NCBI RefSeq assembly: GCF_036321535.1 | Contig: NC_087436.1 | Coordinates: 86,678,001 to 86,742,000, forward strand | Reading direction: 5' to 3' | DNA length: 64,000 nucleotides | Source: Camelus dromedarius | Lineage: Eukaryota | Part shown: positions 1 to 12,479 of the stretch, piece by piece | How positions within the stretch are numbered: position 1 is the stretch's first letter | Layout: each line of letters opens with the position of its first letter | Translations under genes and position numbers: made by a program | Notes under the pieces: generated by a model | Seen by the model: only the letters and a program-made list of their open reading frames with translations | Told to the model about the DNA's origin: nothing | Database searches by the model: none

Positions 1-1049
1 TTTTTATGAAAATGCAAATACTAATACAAATTCTTATTTATCTCCTTTTTTTAAAAAAACAAAAGGTGGTATATTTACCCTTTGCTCTGTAGCTTATCTT
101 TTGTCAGATGTACTTTTAAGTTTTCTTTAGGTAGAACTATAAGCTATGTTTTGAACCATAGACGTCTTTGAGATTTGATCAAGTGTTATAAATATTTATT
201 TGCAGTGCTCATACCCACTTAGTCTTCCGGGTCACTGACTAAGCAGGAAGGAGTATTAGTTTTTAGAAAAATATGTCTTGATATGTATTCACTGATAAGC
301 AGTGCCCTTGACCCACTCTGTCTTGTTGCTTCCAGATAATGCTGCGTGTTGCTTGCCTAGTGTTTCTAGTCTAATGTTGAATCAAAATCACGATTCTTGT
401 AATCTGCTTTTGAAAAGTTGGTCCAACGGGTATACTGTATAATGTGTGTACTATATTTTATGTAATGAAATTAAAGGATATAGCTACATATTATTTTGAA
501 GTGCTAAAGTAAGCATGAATTAGGGGAAACCTAGATATTGGTAAGTTTTTAGAGTGGAGTATTTGTGAAATTCATTATTTTTCTTTGAGGATTTCTATAA
601 TTGAGTACCTGCATACGTTAAACTGGGACCACTTAATTTAAATATGGTTACTTTTTTTTTTAACTTAGAAGAAATTCCTAATTGATGGATGACAAGACTT
701 TTATGAAATGTTGACTCATTGTATCAGGAATAAATGAGTCACTTGAAAAATTTTGCAGGCAGTTCATTTTGTATGCTTAATATTTCTTCAGTGGTCTCCA
801 GCCTATTCCTCCTTCCATTTTTTAACTGGTCCCATTTGAAGTGTAAATTTTCTCTGAGTCAGCCTGTGGAATTTGGGATAAGGTAACTCTGCTGAGGGTG
901 GGGACCAAATGAGTTCTCTGTGTGCGTCTCTCTTTCTAAGACTAAGAACCACTATTACATATCTATGCAATCTTGGGTTTTGTATGTAGGAAATGCCACC
1001 CCACTTGTGAACAAATGTGCCATATTTGTTTTTCTGTCTGTGCCTTCAG

Positions 1050-1227
1050 CCCCTCCATCCTGCGGTCACTTGTCATGAGAAGGTGGTAAGTGTCCGAAAA
1101 GACCCCAGCGAATCACTCGGCATGACGGTTGCAGGGGGAGCGTCCCACAGGGAGTGGGACTTGCCGATCTATGTCATCAGTGTTGAGCCTGGAGGAGTCA
1201 TAAGCAGAGATGGAAGAATAAAAACAG
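1050..1227 (+). CDS. LNX1: LNX1 coding exon (first part of PDZ3)
   Basis: Acceptor ccttcAG (AG at 1048-1049), donor G|GTAAGA at 1228; 178 bp; [59 protein letters not shown]. Confidence 0.96.
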
Positions 1228-4200
1228 GTAAGAAGCCAAGAGACGTAAGATACTGGGCAGCAGAGTGTTAAAAGGAATTAGCACCTTGCTGGGTTAGGTA
1301 ACTGTTTCCACAATTAACAAGAGAATGTGAGGGTATCTGGCTGGGACATCTGTTACCCACTGACCATGATTAGTTTGCGTACAGTAGCTGGACTGGGTTT
1401 CAGCCCTCTTCATGCGCGTGGATGTGGGCCACCTTGCTCGCTGGTAACGTGAGTACCTGCCAACTATGCCAAGAATTAATAGAGAAGTGCTACAGTTATG
1501 AGCAAGTTGCTTCAGTTAAGTGGCATAATTTCATTCCGTTCGTTCTAAGTGAGTCTTTGCTGGATTGATCCAATGATAAAAATGGTCATGAATTGTTCTA
1601 TTTTATGGCTTGGATAAGAGAAACAACTTGATAGAATTTGATTTAATGAATATTTAGTAAGTGAAAGTACCAAGCAGGGTACTTTCCAATTGATGACTAG
1701 TGTTTCACTACTTGAATCTTAGGTGATTTGGGGCTACTTCCAGTGAAGGCAAGTGATGTCCAGTTTGCATCTTTAATAGTATTGTCAGTTCCCATGAAGG
1801 GGCAGTTACGCCCTTTCAGGTTTCAGATTCAAGAGCTAAAATGTGCTGTTTCTGAAGTACAACTGCTTAGCCACTGGGGGATGGCATGTTGAGGAATTCA
1901 GTCAGCCAACCTAACGGTGCTTCTTTTGAGGTCAGGATGATCTCGAGGTCTTTCCCATCTTTCTCCTCCTATCCTTTTACTCTTGCTGCTATGATTATTC
2001 TGTGTAAAAAAGATGGAGGCAGAAAAACAGAGAAATATAAGAATAGAAAATGGAGATGGGGAGGTATGTCTTTTAGCTTCTCTTGCTTTTCTTTTTCACC
2101 CAAGCACCTGGGTAGAAATGATGCAGTCAACCAAGAAGTGACTTTATTAACAAGAGAACTTGAGCAAAGGATTATAGGATACGATGGTTCTGCATGTAGC
2201 AGGCGCTTTACCAGTGGTAGCTGTCGTCACCTTGCAGTGACTAGAAATGGGAACTTTTCTCTCTACCTCTTTAACAACGCAGTTCCAGACCCATTTTTCT
2301 TAACTGCTAAGACGACTCTGCCAGACACTCTCATGGGGACTTGCTTATTTATTCACTCAATCCATATTTCCTGGGTGCCTACTACATGACCACATGCCAG
2401 GCTCTGTGCAGGTGCAGGGAGCTTTTCCCAAGTGTTCTCCCTTGGCGCTAAAAACGGGAGAAAGGAAGAAAAAGGAGATTTTCTTTGATTAATAGTGAAT
2501 GTGGCTATTTTATCTTCCTTCCTTTCTTTTTCTTTTTTTTTTTTTTTTAAGACAAGAGCCACACAACAATAGGTATGCTTAGAAAGCCCCACACATGGTT
2601 TACCAACGCCTTGGAACGAGCACATTGTTCACCATCTGCTATAAGAGAGCCCAGTCTCACAGCAACACCAGGCTAATGACATGCCACCTGCCTGCATGCC
2701 CCTTTGCCTCTCCAGCAGAAGTTCCCGTTTGCACTCTCACTAAGAATGGCTTCTGCTTCTCTGGCCACTAGGTGACATTTTGTTGAATGTGAATGGGATT
2801 GAACTAACAGAGGTCAGCCGGAGCGAGGCAGTTGCTTTATTGAAAAGCACATCCTCCTCGGTGGTACTTAAAGCTTTGGAAGTTAAAGAACATGAGCCTC
2901 AGGAAGATTGCAGCAGCCCAGCAACCTTGGACTCCAACCACAACAACACAGACCCACCCGGTGACTGGTCCCCCTCCTGGGTAATGTGGCTGGAATTACC
3001 ACGGTGAGTCCCAGTGTGACATCCTCGGGGAGGTGTGGGAGGAAACAATTACAGCTCTTAGACCACTCTTTCACTTTCTTGGGCTGATTCATGGCACTAG
3101 CATCTTAATGAGACCCAGGCTTGGTTGTGAGAGTATTTGAAATGATTGTCTTTCCTTTTGTAACTGAAAATGCATGCAGCAATCTCGGGCAGGTACAAAA
3201 GCCTGGATATGGAAACACTGTTAGGCACTGATGTGGAGAAGCTCATTGGTCAGCCATGTACGGTTGTGTGGGTTGTACATGCAGCAAGAAGCTCAGCTAA
3301 TAGGGAGGGGGGCTGTGATCCAGCCTGTGTTCACACATCCTGGAGCAGGGGAAGGTCACCTTTCCCTGGTTGGCTAGTGGCATCTCTAGGAACTTGCATG
3401 AAGGTAAAACCCCTCTGGTTTCACCTCTCCAGCTTCCAGGCGGCCCTGGCTAAACGCACGCAGAGCAGTGCAGCAGCACATTTTGCCTTTGCCCAGTTGT
3501 TGGGGCAAGTGTTGATTGAGGACCTGTCTCAGATCACCTCTCCCTAGTTGCTCCTGTTGTAAAGTTCTTGCATAAACCTTTAGGAATCAGCTAGGTTGCC
3601 ATTTCAGTGAGATGTAACTAGAGCCTTATAGGGAAGGGAACTTAAATGTTTCAGTCAGTTCAAGAAAGGATTTGGGGGCAGCCTTGCTAAATGGCTAGAT
3701 CCAGAAATTGAATAGTCCAAGGACAGATAAATTGGGGTTTACCCACCTGCATCAGAGCATAAACTCTTGGCTTTCAAAGAATGGCCTTAATAATTCCAAA
3801 TACATGGTTTAAATGTTAAACATTAGAGTCACTGATGATGATACGCTGGCAGAGGATTAAATGAATGAAAGTGAGATGTTTGATTTTAGGGTGGACATTT
3901 TTCTTGAGGGTGTAGATAGGTTGGTGTCTCTTCTTTTTTCTTTTAAATGAGGTATTTAAAAATACCCCTACCTCAGATACAAACTGACCTCGATTCCTTT
4001 TCAAGCTTTCACTGCTGGAGGTTTATAATAAAAGGAGGAACCAGCGCCATCTTCCAGGTGGTGGAAACTTCTCTTCATGACACAGGGTTGTGTGTTTCTT
4101 TTCTTCTCCCACACCAGCTAAGGTCAGCCTTGCAGGGCACTCACGGTTCACGTCTCTCCCCGACCCTGCCACACACACAGGCTGCTGCTTCCTGTCCTTC

Positions 4201-7200
4201 TGTCCTTCCGAGCATGCTTCCTGAATGGGTTATCAGTTTGGGTTTTCATTGCCTCACTCATCCCCTTCTTCTCTGCCAAACTGGGCTCTGCCAGACAGCC
4301 CACCTGCCTCTTTCTGGTGGTCCCTGTGGAGTGGGCGTTCTACCCGTCAGAGAGGCCGCTCACCATGGCCCCAGGGCCCTGCAGGCTGGGTCCACACTCT
4401 CCAGGCTGGGCAGCCTCTCTTCTGCCTTCCCGCTTTGACTTTCACTGCCTTGGGCAGTTCTCCCTCAGTTTTGTTTCATATGGAGTTTGCATGTCTGTTT
4501 CCAAGTCTCCTAGTCGCCTTTATAATAATTTTTAAAAGCAGAAGGGGAAACACAATCTTCACTCTGACATTTTGGAGCTAGAAGAATGTCCACCTGGCAT
4601 TTTTCAGAAGCCCTTAACACTCAGTCTCACGCTCCTATACAAGCCCCCAGACAGTCCCAGGATGAGTCCCAGTCATAACACTGCTTCCATTTTCATGGGT
4701 GGGAGATCCACTCGCATTTCTAACCTTGACTGCAGAGAGCCCCGGAGACCTCAGGTTCTCCCCGATTAATGCAATATCATCGGCTTAAATGTCTCTAGTC
4801 ATTTGGCATTAGAGATGTCCTAAGAATTTTGGCCATTTGTTGTACATCAGCAAAAGTTACTTGCCTGCTGGAACTTCTAGAGATTTAGGCTACAAAAAGA
4901 TTTTTTTTTTTTAATTCACAAAGAAGGCATTTCCCTCCAAGTTATACATTTACTCAGTCAAACATTTTCCCCTTTTGCTGAACAGATTTTGAGAGAAACT
5001 ATTTGCCCTAAAGTATGATCCAGCCAGTTACCTAAGATTCTCTATCAATGAAGAAAAACGGTGACATGTCAGCAAGTCTAGAAACAGAAAATCCCTTCTC
5101 TGGGACATTGTGATCGTGTCCTCAAGTGCAGTCCATCACATAGAATGAATGTACGTAAAGAGCGTACTGTTAGAATGCTGACCCAGTGGGTGCCTGTTCT
5201 GAACCAGTGAGTGTCAGATAGAATAAGCAGCTGCAGAGAGTAAAAACAGGTTATTATTAAGGACAGCGCAAATATGTCTTCTCCTTATCAGGGGTGCCTT
5301 GGGTCCCAAGAGTGAGCCCTGGGCAGTGGCCCCAGACACAGTCTCTAGGCGACGCAAATTACCAGATGCCATTCAGTTGGAGGGGATTCAGAAAACACTG
5401 AAGACCTTCTGCTTTATTCACTGTTGGCTCTCAGGACCCATGCTCCACATCTGGAAGTCTTGCAAAACATGCTCTCATCTGGACTAGTATGATAGTAATA
5501 CACATTAACTCATTTCTCTCTCTTTTTAAACACTCACTTCTTTCCTTGCCCAAGAATTTAACCTTTTGCTTTCCTGAACTTCGCTTTCCTGAACATAGAG
5601 CAGTTTGATGAGGATTGTCTATACTGAAGAGCAAGGAGGCAGATATCATGGATTTTTATTTTTAAGTCAAAAACTTTTACATTTTAACTATAAGATAGGG
5701 ATGCTATCAGGTACATCCAAGCCTGTAATAAAACTAACAACTGCAACAGTAGCTCACACTTATATCCTTTTCTGCATGCCAGGTAATCTGCCAAGTGCTT
5801 TACATGTTCTTTGCATTTTTCACTCATTTAAAACTCACGTCAGCCCTGTGATCTAGGTACCAATATTATCCCCACTTGAAAAACGGGAGATTGAAGCACA
5901 GAGTGGTTAAGTAACTTGCCCAAGGTTACATGCTGGTTACTATGCAGAATTGGGGTTTGAACTAGGCTGCCTGGTTTGGGATCTTAACCACTGTGCAATT
6001 GGTGAACATCCTTAAGAAGACTTAAAGCCTGTATTTAGTTCTTATAATTTCAGTTTTACCATTTGTTTTCTCTCTACTGTAAAGTGAGTTCTGCAGGAAT
6101 GTGAATGATTCGGTGGATGTTTCATGTAGCCACCAGCATTGTATGTATTTTTTTTAATTGCTTAACCTCTTGAGCCTCAAATTTCTTGCCATTTTCCCCC
6201 CATTACTCCCTGTGTGATGATTGCTAATAAGTTACAGTCAATTGGGAATCAAATGAGTAACTCACTGTGAAATCATTTCAAGAGCAAAATTAGTTTTTCT
6301 TTTACACCTTCCCCAACTCACCTATATTTAATGTGGGATATGAACAAACACTTTCATGTGTTTGTTATAATAATGCGTGGAGCCTCCACAAGAAAATAAT
6401 ACTTAGTGTCTCTGTAGGTCTTTAAATGGCTCTGCTTAACAGGCATTAGTTGAATGAAATAATGAATATAGCATGTACCAGGAGAAGCCCCCATGGACTT
6501 CATAATATAATAGGCAACATGTCATAGTAAATTAAATTAAAGATTATGAATTACAAAAGTTACAATTAAAATACATAGGCACAGGGTGCTTTTGGAACCT
6601 AGGAAAGACACTGGAGTGAATGGTGGTCTGTTTTATCTAGCTGGAGGATATAACCAAAATGGGAGAGTAGGAATATCAGTTATTTTCACAGTCATGCTAC
6701 ATAACAAACCAGCCGCAAAACCTCGGTAAGCAGGCAACAATAGGTTTATTTAGCTCGTGAGTCCGGGGTGGAGGTGGGGAGGGTGCCTGTGAGCTGATCC
6801 GGGTCAGGTGTGGTTGATCTTGGCTGGCTCCCCTGTGCGTTGGCAGCCCTCTTTGGGTCATTCAGGGGTCTCTGCTGATCTTGGCTGGCCATGCCCACGT
6901 GTCTAGGATCTGGCTGGCTCTGGCAAACATCCCACTGATGATCTTATGACTACATCCACAATCAGTAGGAAGGCACCACAAAGTTATGCAGTAAGAGGCA
7001 TAGATACCAGGGAAGGGTGATGACTTTAGGCCATTAATGTAATTATTTTGCCACAATAAGGAAGAATGAGGAGATATTAGTTGTTTTGGACACATTGAGT
7101 TTGAGTTACCAGTGGGACAGTGGGACATGAAGTTTGATAAACGAGTCTAGAGCAGAAATTCCCAAAGCTTTTGCCTCAAGACCCCTACACATACTTACAG

Positions 7201-10200
7201 AGTATTGTTCACAAAGAGCTTTTGCTTATATAGGTTATATCTAATAATATTTACCTTATTATAAATTAATCTGAGAGATTTTGAATTTTATTTATTCACT
7301 TAAAATAGTAATCCCATTATATGTAAACATAAAATAACATCTTTCATGAGAAAAAATTTTATATGACAGTATTTTAAAAAATTACAAGAATGGCATTGTA
7401 TATTTTTTGCAAACCTCTTTAATATTTGGCTCAATTAAAGGTAACTGGATTCTTCTTCTGCATTCAGTCTGTTGCCAGATCACCTATCACGTGTCCCCTG
7501 GAATATGCCATCCTATGCTCATAAGAAAATGGTAGTGAAAAAGGCAAATAATGTCTTCCAGTGTGACAAGTATTTTTTGCCTCCCAGACTCCCTGAAAGG
7601 CACACACACTGTGAGACACCGCACTGTGGTAGTATAGGGGTGCAGTGAAGAGGTCCGCTGAGGAGTGGGCTGGGGAAAGGGGAGCCCTTGAAGGAGGCTG
7701 AGAAAGAACAGCCAGTGAAGGAAGAACAGAAAAACATGTAGCTTCCTGAGGAGCCCAGGACTTCACCACACCCGCCAACTCCTTTTAGTGGAGTTTATAT
7801 TTCTTTTTGAGGTAACCATAATGTTCTCATTGGGAAATATTACCAAACTCCTTGCTATTCTTTACTCTATGCCAAATCTTCTTCAACTAGGCTGTAATTT
7901 AGAGAATTCAGAATCGGAAAAGAGCTCACATTTAAATTTAGATTTTTAGGTCACAATATCTCAAAGGTAAATCCTTCACATTAATCAAAGACAGCTCCAC
8001 ATTTCCCAGTAGGGAGTGAAGTGATTCCACTGAAGAAAAAAATGCCCTAAAACTTGTAAGTCCCAACTAACCAAGGTCTGACTAAAAGGGTTTAACATAC
8101 TGAGCTCTCTCTCACCACTACAATGAAATTAAAATACTTAACTGAAGGAAAGCCCTTGATGAAATAACATTATTATCACTGAAATCCACTTGAATGCTTG
8201 CTACTGAGGGCAGGGGTTTTGTATGTTTTATTCACCCATACATCCAGAGCATGGGACACTCATCAAAATAAGAGTCTAGAAAAATAGACACACTTGTGAC
8301 TTAATGTTATGTTGAAATTTTTATATTGGTACTTACAAATTTTAGATGGTTAATTTTTATAGCTTGTCCATATGGAATAAAATTTTCAATAAGAGTCAAT
8401 GTAAGGCCCAAGGTGATACTGAAAAAAACCTAATGGTCAAAAGTGTAAGAAATACTTGGTTTTGAGTATTGCTCTATGTACCCATTTATGTGTTTTAAAG
8501 AATGTTAAGACAGATATTTGACCATGACCTTGGATAAGAAGCATGCAGTTCTTCACCTGCTTCCCCCCCAATATTGGGGATAGGTGGGAACAAAAGGCTC
8601 TGGTGTTTGGGGAACAATTACCTGCTTTGAACATAAGCAGGCAGTGAACCATTGTGTAAACGTGGTACGAACATGCCATGACTCCTACAAGATGAATATA
8701 CTAACATGAAATCTTACTGTGAAATACAGAAGCAGATAAATATTTTACAATATAAAATGATTGTTTCATTTAATGAAATTTATATTTTCAGCTGTCATTT
8801 CAGTGAAAAATTAAATGATACATGAAAACAGATACAAAGCAAAACTGAGCAGCACTGCATTTTAGCACATTTTAAAGTTATCCACCAAACTCAAAGCTTC
8901 TTTTACTTCAAATGGGAGTTGCAATGCCATGAAAAGAAAGTCATGTTACATTGATTAGCAAGGTCAGTAACAAATGTAATGACTAACTTCACTTAACAAA
9001 ACATTTCACGAGACATTTTATTGATTTTTCAAAAAGCAGTTAATATTTTAAGGTACAATTTATAAACAAAACAATCATATCTTGATTTTTACCAACATGA
9101 AAATGCTAATTTTCCTTCAAACCAGTGCCTGGACTGAGGGATTTTGCAAATCCAGCTCCTGACACAGCTCTGTCACAACTGTCACACAGTTTTGTACTTA
9201 CTTAGCCTGCACTTACGATAACATGGATGCAACTGCCACTGGACAGTAAAAGCAATAGCTTCTTTGATCTAATTTTCTGTTTTAGCTGAGGATTCTACTC
9301 ATTTACAGAAAACCTGTGGTCTTTCTTCCCATTCCTTTTATAACTTGCTGTTCAGCTTATGGCTAATTTTTTCTCCTGCAATATGAATTGTTCTTATCTT
9401 TAAATGCACCTCTATCTCCATTCACTCTAATTATGCCTGCATGCTTCTCTATAGCCTATCAAACATGTAGAACTACATATAAACTGGTATTTTTCAAAAG
9501 TCAAAACTTCAGTCAGTCTGTTAGTTAGGGTTTAAATTTTTTTTCACTGAGATTCAAAGAATTTTTGCCTTCATTAAAAATTTACATCCATTAAGTAAAT
9601 AAAAATATGACGTCCGTAAGTATGCTTGAATTTGGTTCATGAGTAAGGATTTAGGCATATCCAACTTTTTAATATAAATTAAGGCATTAAATCATCTTTA
9701 AGCCAAAAATATGATTATTTCTCAGTAGACATATAAGCAGAACCTAATAGATGGTATCATTGTTTTAAAGGGTGTTTAGCTGTGGAAAACAGTTCAATTA
9801 GAAAAAGCCAGCTAACAGCACAAAGGTTACTGGGCTGTGACAGTTTTGAGTAAGATCCATGCAGTGCTATTAAGCCTAAAAAGCCAACAAAGGAAATGGG
9901 AGATGAATCACAATAATTACAAGGAGTTCAATTTTACTGTGCATTTATACTGATTACATCTTGTTTCAGGTACCTGTATAACTGTAAAGATGTTGTATTG
10001 CGAAGAAACACAGCTGGAAGTCTGGGCTTCTGCATTGTAGGAGGTTATGAAGAATACAATGGGAACAAACCTTTTTTTATCAAATCCATTGTTGAAGGAA
10101 CACCAGCATACAATGATGGAAGAATTAGGTAATAATAATGACTACTTAATGAAAAACTGATATTCAAAGACTTTTTTTCTGCTAATTTTTTATTTAGAAA

Positions 10201-10878
10201 TGTTCAAACCTCCAGAAAAGTTGAAAAAGCATAATCCCCAGATTTTATCTAGAGTCACTAATGGTAAATAGCTTACCACTTTTGCTTTCTGTCTAAATAT
10301 ATATTGATATTTATACATATTGCAGAATTGCTTGAATGTACATTGAACACGTTAAGATGTCACCCCTAAATACTTCACCACGTACAGATTGTGTTGCATA
10401 CGTGCAAAAGCTTGAACCCATTTGAAATAAGGCATTTGTTTATCATACCTTTTTTACTGGCAAGAAATTAAACACTTATGTAGCATTCAATTTCTGAGAA
10501 ATCCAAAATGATGAGTTACTCTTGCCCCATACAGCAACTTCCTATACTTTTAGTATTCTTTCTAAAACAGGCTGAATAGATAGAATTTGAAGAATTCAAG
10601 TGAGGGGGGTGAGGAGAACCTTAATTAGAACTAATAAAAGTTGATGTAGCAAAAACTAGGACGACCAAAAAAAAAGATGCATTAACTTCAGCTATGGCTC
10701 AAAATGTTAATCATATACCTTGTTTCATTTATTTATTTTTAGATGTGGTGATATTCTTCTTGCTGTCAATGGTAGAAGTACATCAGGAATGATACATGCT
10801 TGCTTGGCAAGGATGCTGAAAGAACTTAAAGGAAAAATTACTCTCACTATTGTTTCTTGGCCTGGCACTTTTTTATAA
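1050..10878 (+). CDS. LNX1: LNX1 (ligand of Numb protein X1, PDZ/RING E3 ligase), 3' part: join(1050..1227,2772..3003,9970..10128,10743..10878); 5' exons lie upstream of the window
   Basis: Spliced translation [13 protein letters not shown]...GRIKTGDILLNV...[14 protein letters not shown]...[12 protein letters not shown]...[10 protein letters not shown] matches the LNX1 C-terminal PDZ3-PDZ4 region as recalled; intron phases 1,2,2 are consistent; FIP1L1 is adjacent as in human. Confidence 0.97.
2772..3003 (+). CDS. LNX1: LNX1 coding exon (end of PDZ3 and linker)
   Basis: Acceptor ccactAG ending at 2771, donor CG|GTGAGT at 3004; 232 bp; [26 protein letters not shown]...[13 protein letters not shown]. 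Confidence 0.96.
5745..5996 (-). mobile_element. MIR SINE
   Basis: attatccccacttgaa...gaagcacagagtggttaagtaacttgcccaaggttaca...tttgaactagg, the reverse MIR core. Confidence 0.85.
6675..7055 (-). mobile_element. Old MaLR (MLT1-type) solo LTR
   Basis: gctacataacaaacca...caacaataggtttatttagctc...gatcttggctggc pattern typical of reverse MLT1; subfamily uncertain. Confidence 0.6.
7153..7626. mobile_element. hAT-Charlie-type non-autonomous DNA transposon
   Basis: CAG...CTG termini; internal caaagagcttttgcttatataggttatatcta is similar in reverse to 36865-36895. Confidence 0.65.
9970..10128 (+). CDS. LNX1: LNX1 coding exon (first part of PDZ4); not in the ORF track
   Basis: Acceptor ttgtttcAG ending at 9969, donor AG|GTAATA at 10129; 159 bp; [53 protein letters not shown]. 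Confidence 0.96.
10185..10385 (-). mobile_element. Old L1M 3'-end fragment
   Basis: ttttatttagaaatgttcaaacctccagaaaagttgaaa...cacccctaaatacttca typical of a reverse L1MC/ME 3' end. Confidence 0.6.
10743..10878 (+). CDS. LNX1: LNX1 terminal coding exon; not in the ORF track
   Basis: Acceptor ttttttAG at 10741-10742; [44 protein letters not shown] then TAA at 10876-10878. Confidence 0.96.
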
Positions 10879-11309
10879 ACTCAGTGATGGGTCACAGGAA
10901 AAAGGAAATCACAAATAAGCTAAGTTGAAACAACATTTATCTTGTCAATTTTTGTATTTGAAGGCTACACTGTAAAAATGTAAACGTTAATGTCAGGAAA
11001 AGTATAATCGAATGAAAGCCACACCTCACAAAGTATAATTAATTCTCGAAACATAAACATATTACTAATAGTTTTTATTCAGTGTAGAGAATTTTTCATT
11101 ACTCTACAGCTTTTAAGTTTATATATTTCTAGTCATAAAAAGCTCTTAAATAGCTGAAATGGTCTGTTTGCCCCCAATGAATTCAAATCATACACTTAAA
11201 AATTTGGTATATGCTGAGGTCTGCAAAGGTACATTCTGGGCATTTTAAAAACAATTTCCAGACAGAGGATTTTGAAAGTGCATTGTTGAAAAATGTTCAT
11301 CAAATGAGA

Positions 11310-11315
11310 AATAAA
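11310..11315 (+). terminator. Candidate LNX1 polyadenylation signal AATAAA
   Basis: Canonical + strand AATAAA about 430 nt after the LNX1 stop, with GT/T-rich sequence downstream. Confidence 0.6.
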
Positions 11316-11531
11316 TATTTTTCAAAACTTATATAGGTGTCTTCTAGTACATGATACTAAGTTCATTTCTTTTATGACTATTTAAAAGTTCCTAGTAATA
11401 CATTCTTTTAAAACCATGTTGTTACCATCACTGGCAAATACCTCCTAAGGGTCACCCCTAAAAATGCTCACAGAATTATAAACTTGTATTTTCTTAGATT
11501 TAATAGGAAATGACTAATCTACAGGCTGTCA

Positions 11532-11543
11532 TTTATTTTTATT
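11532..11543 (-). terminator. Candidate distal FIP1L1 polyadenylation signal (tandem AATAAA)
   Basis: TTTATT TTTATT on + is two adjacent AATAAA on -. Confidence 0.45.
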
Positions 11544-12130
11544 CACAATATAGCTAGTAACTGTATAAAAACTCCATGTGCTGCTCAACCAATGAGCCTT
11601 GGAAAAAGCATCAAGAAAGGCCAAACCAGCTTGACCTTGGCTCACATGATATGGCCTTGAGGCAATTCTGATTTGTGTCACAGTGACGAGTATTTGTCCA
11701 CGTGCCTGACAGAAACTACACTTAGGGCAAGTTATTCCAGAGGCCACCCAAATGCCATAACATTTTATTACTTTGGATAGAAAAGTTCCCCCCATTTAGT
11801 TTTACCATGAACCCAAATTTAGAACACTGAAAAACCTGCTATCAAAAAGTTATAAAAACTGTTATGTGAGTTCTCTAATATGCTAAGTGACAGTGCCACA
11901 GCAGTGATAAGACTAGTTTTAATCTCAAGACTCAGAGGTGCCTTTGGATGCATTTTGCAGTGCAACCTCTTAAGAAATTGGTATGTGATTAACTCAAAAC
12001 TGGCCAAGGCAGTGGAACCTTGACCTTAATCAGATAGTGTGTATGTACATAGCTAAACGTAGCTCTTTGAAATTCCCTGCTGAGTGACTCATTCACATTA
12101 CTTTCTTGGATATAAAGTCATTACTGTCTT

Positions 12131-12199
12131 TTTATTTTTTAAATATTACAAGACAAAGTTTTTTTTTTTAAGTTAACATGAAAAATTTGCTCTTTTATT
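12131..12199 (-). terminator. Candidate proximal FIP1L1 polyadenylation signals (AATAAA at 12194-12199 and 12131-12136)
   Basis: TTTATT hexamers on + about 135 and 200 nt past the FIP1L1 stop. Confidence 0.55.
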
Positions 12200-12331
12200 T
12201 TGGAAGAAAAAAGTGAACTTTTCATACTAACAGAACAAGATTAAAGGCAAATTTCTTCAACATTATTCAGAAAAATAACAAGATCTAGAGTATCTACTTC
12301 CGGCACTGCTGTACACAAGGCACGAGCATGC

Positions 12332-12479
12332 CTATTCCGCAGGGGCAGCCTCGGTGCTCTCCTGCTCGGGGGCAGGCTCGCTGCCAGCTTCTTTTCCTTC
12401 TTTGCTTCTTTTAGATTTTTTGTGCTTGTGCCTCCTATGACTGTCTCCTTCTTCACTTTCATGGCGACGCCTACTATTA
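12332..12479 (-). CDS. FIP1L1: FIP1L1 terminal coding exon
   Basis: Acceptor tttctttAG (12480-12481); (S)[48 protein letters not shown] then TAG at 12332-12334. Confidence 0.96.

Noticed and set aside
1886..2389. 167-aa ORF in an LNX1 intron
   Set aside because: No recognisable domain or splice context; chance intronic ORF
3947..4581. Overlapping 163/118/72-aa ORFs in a more GC-rich intronic patch
   Set aside because: Base composition explains the lack of stops; no recognisable homology
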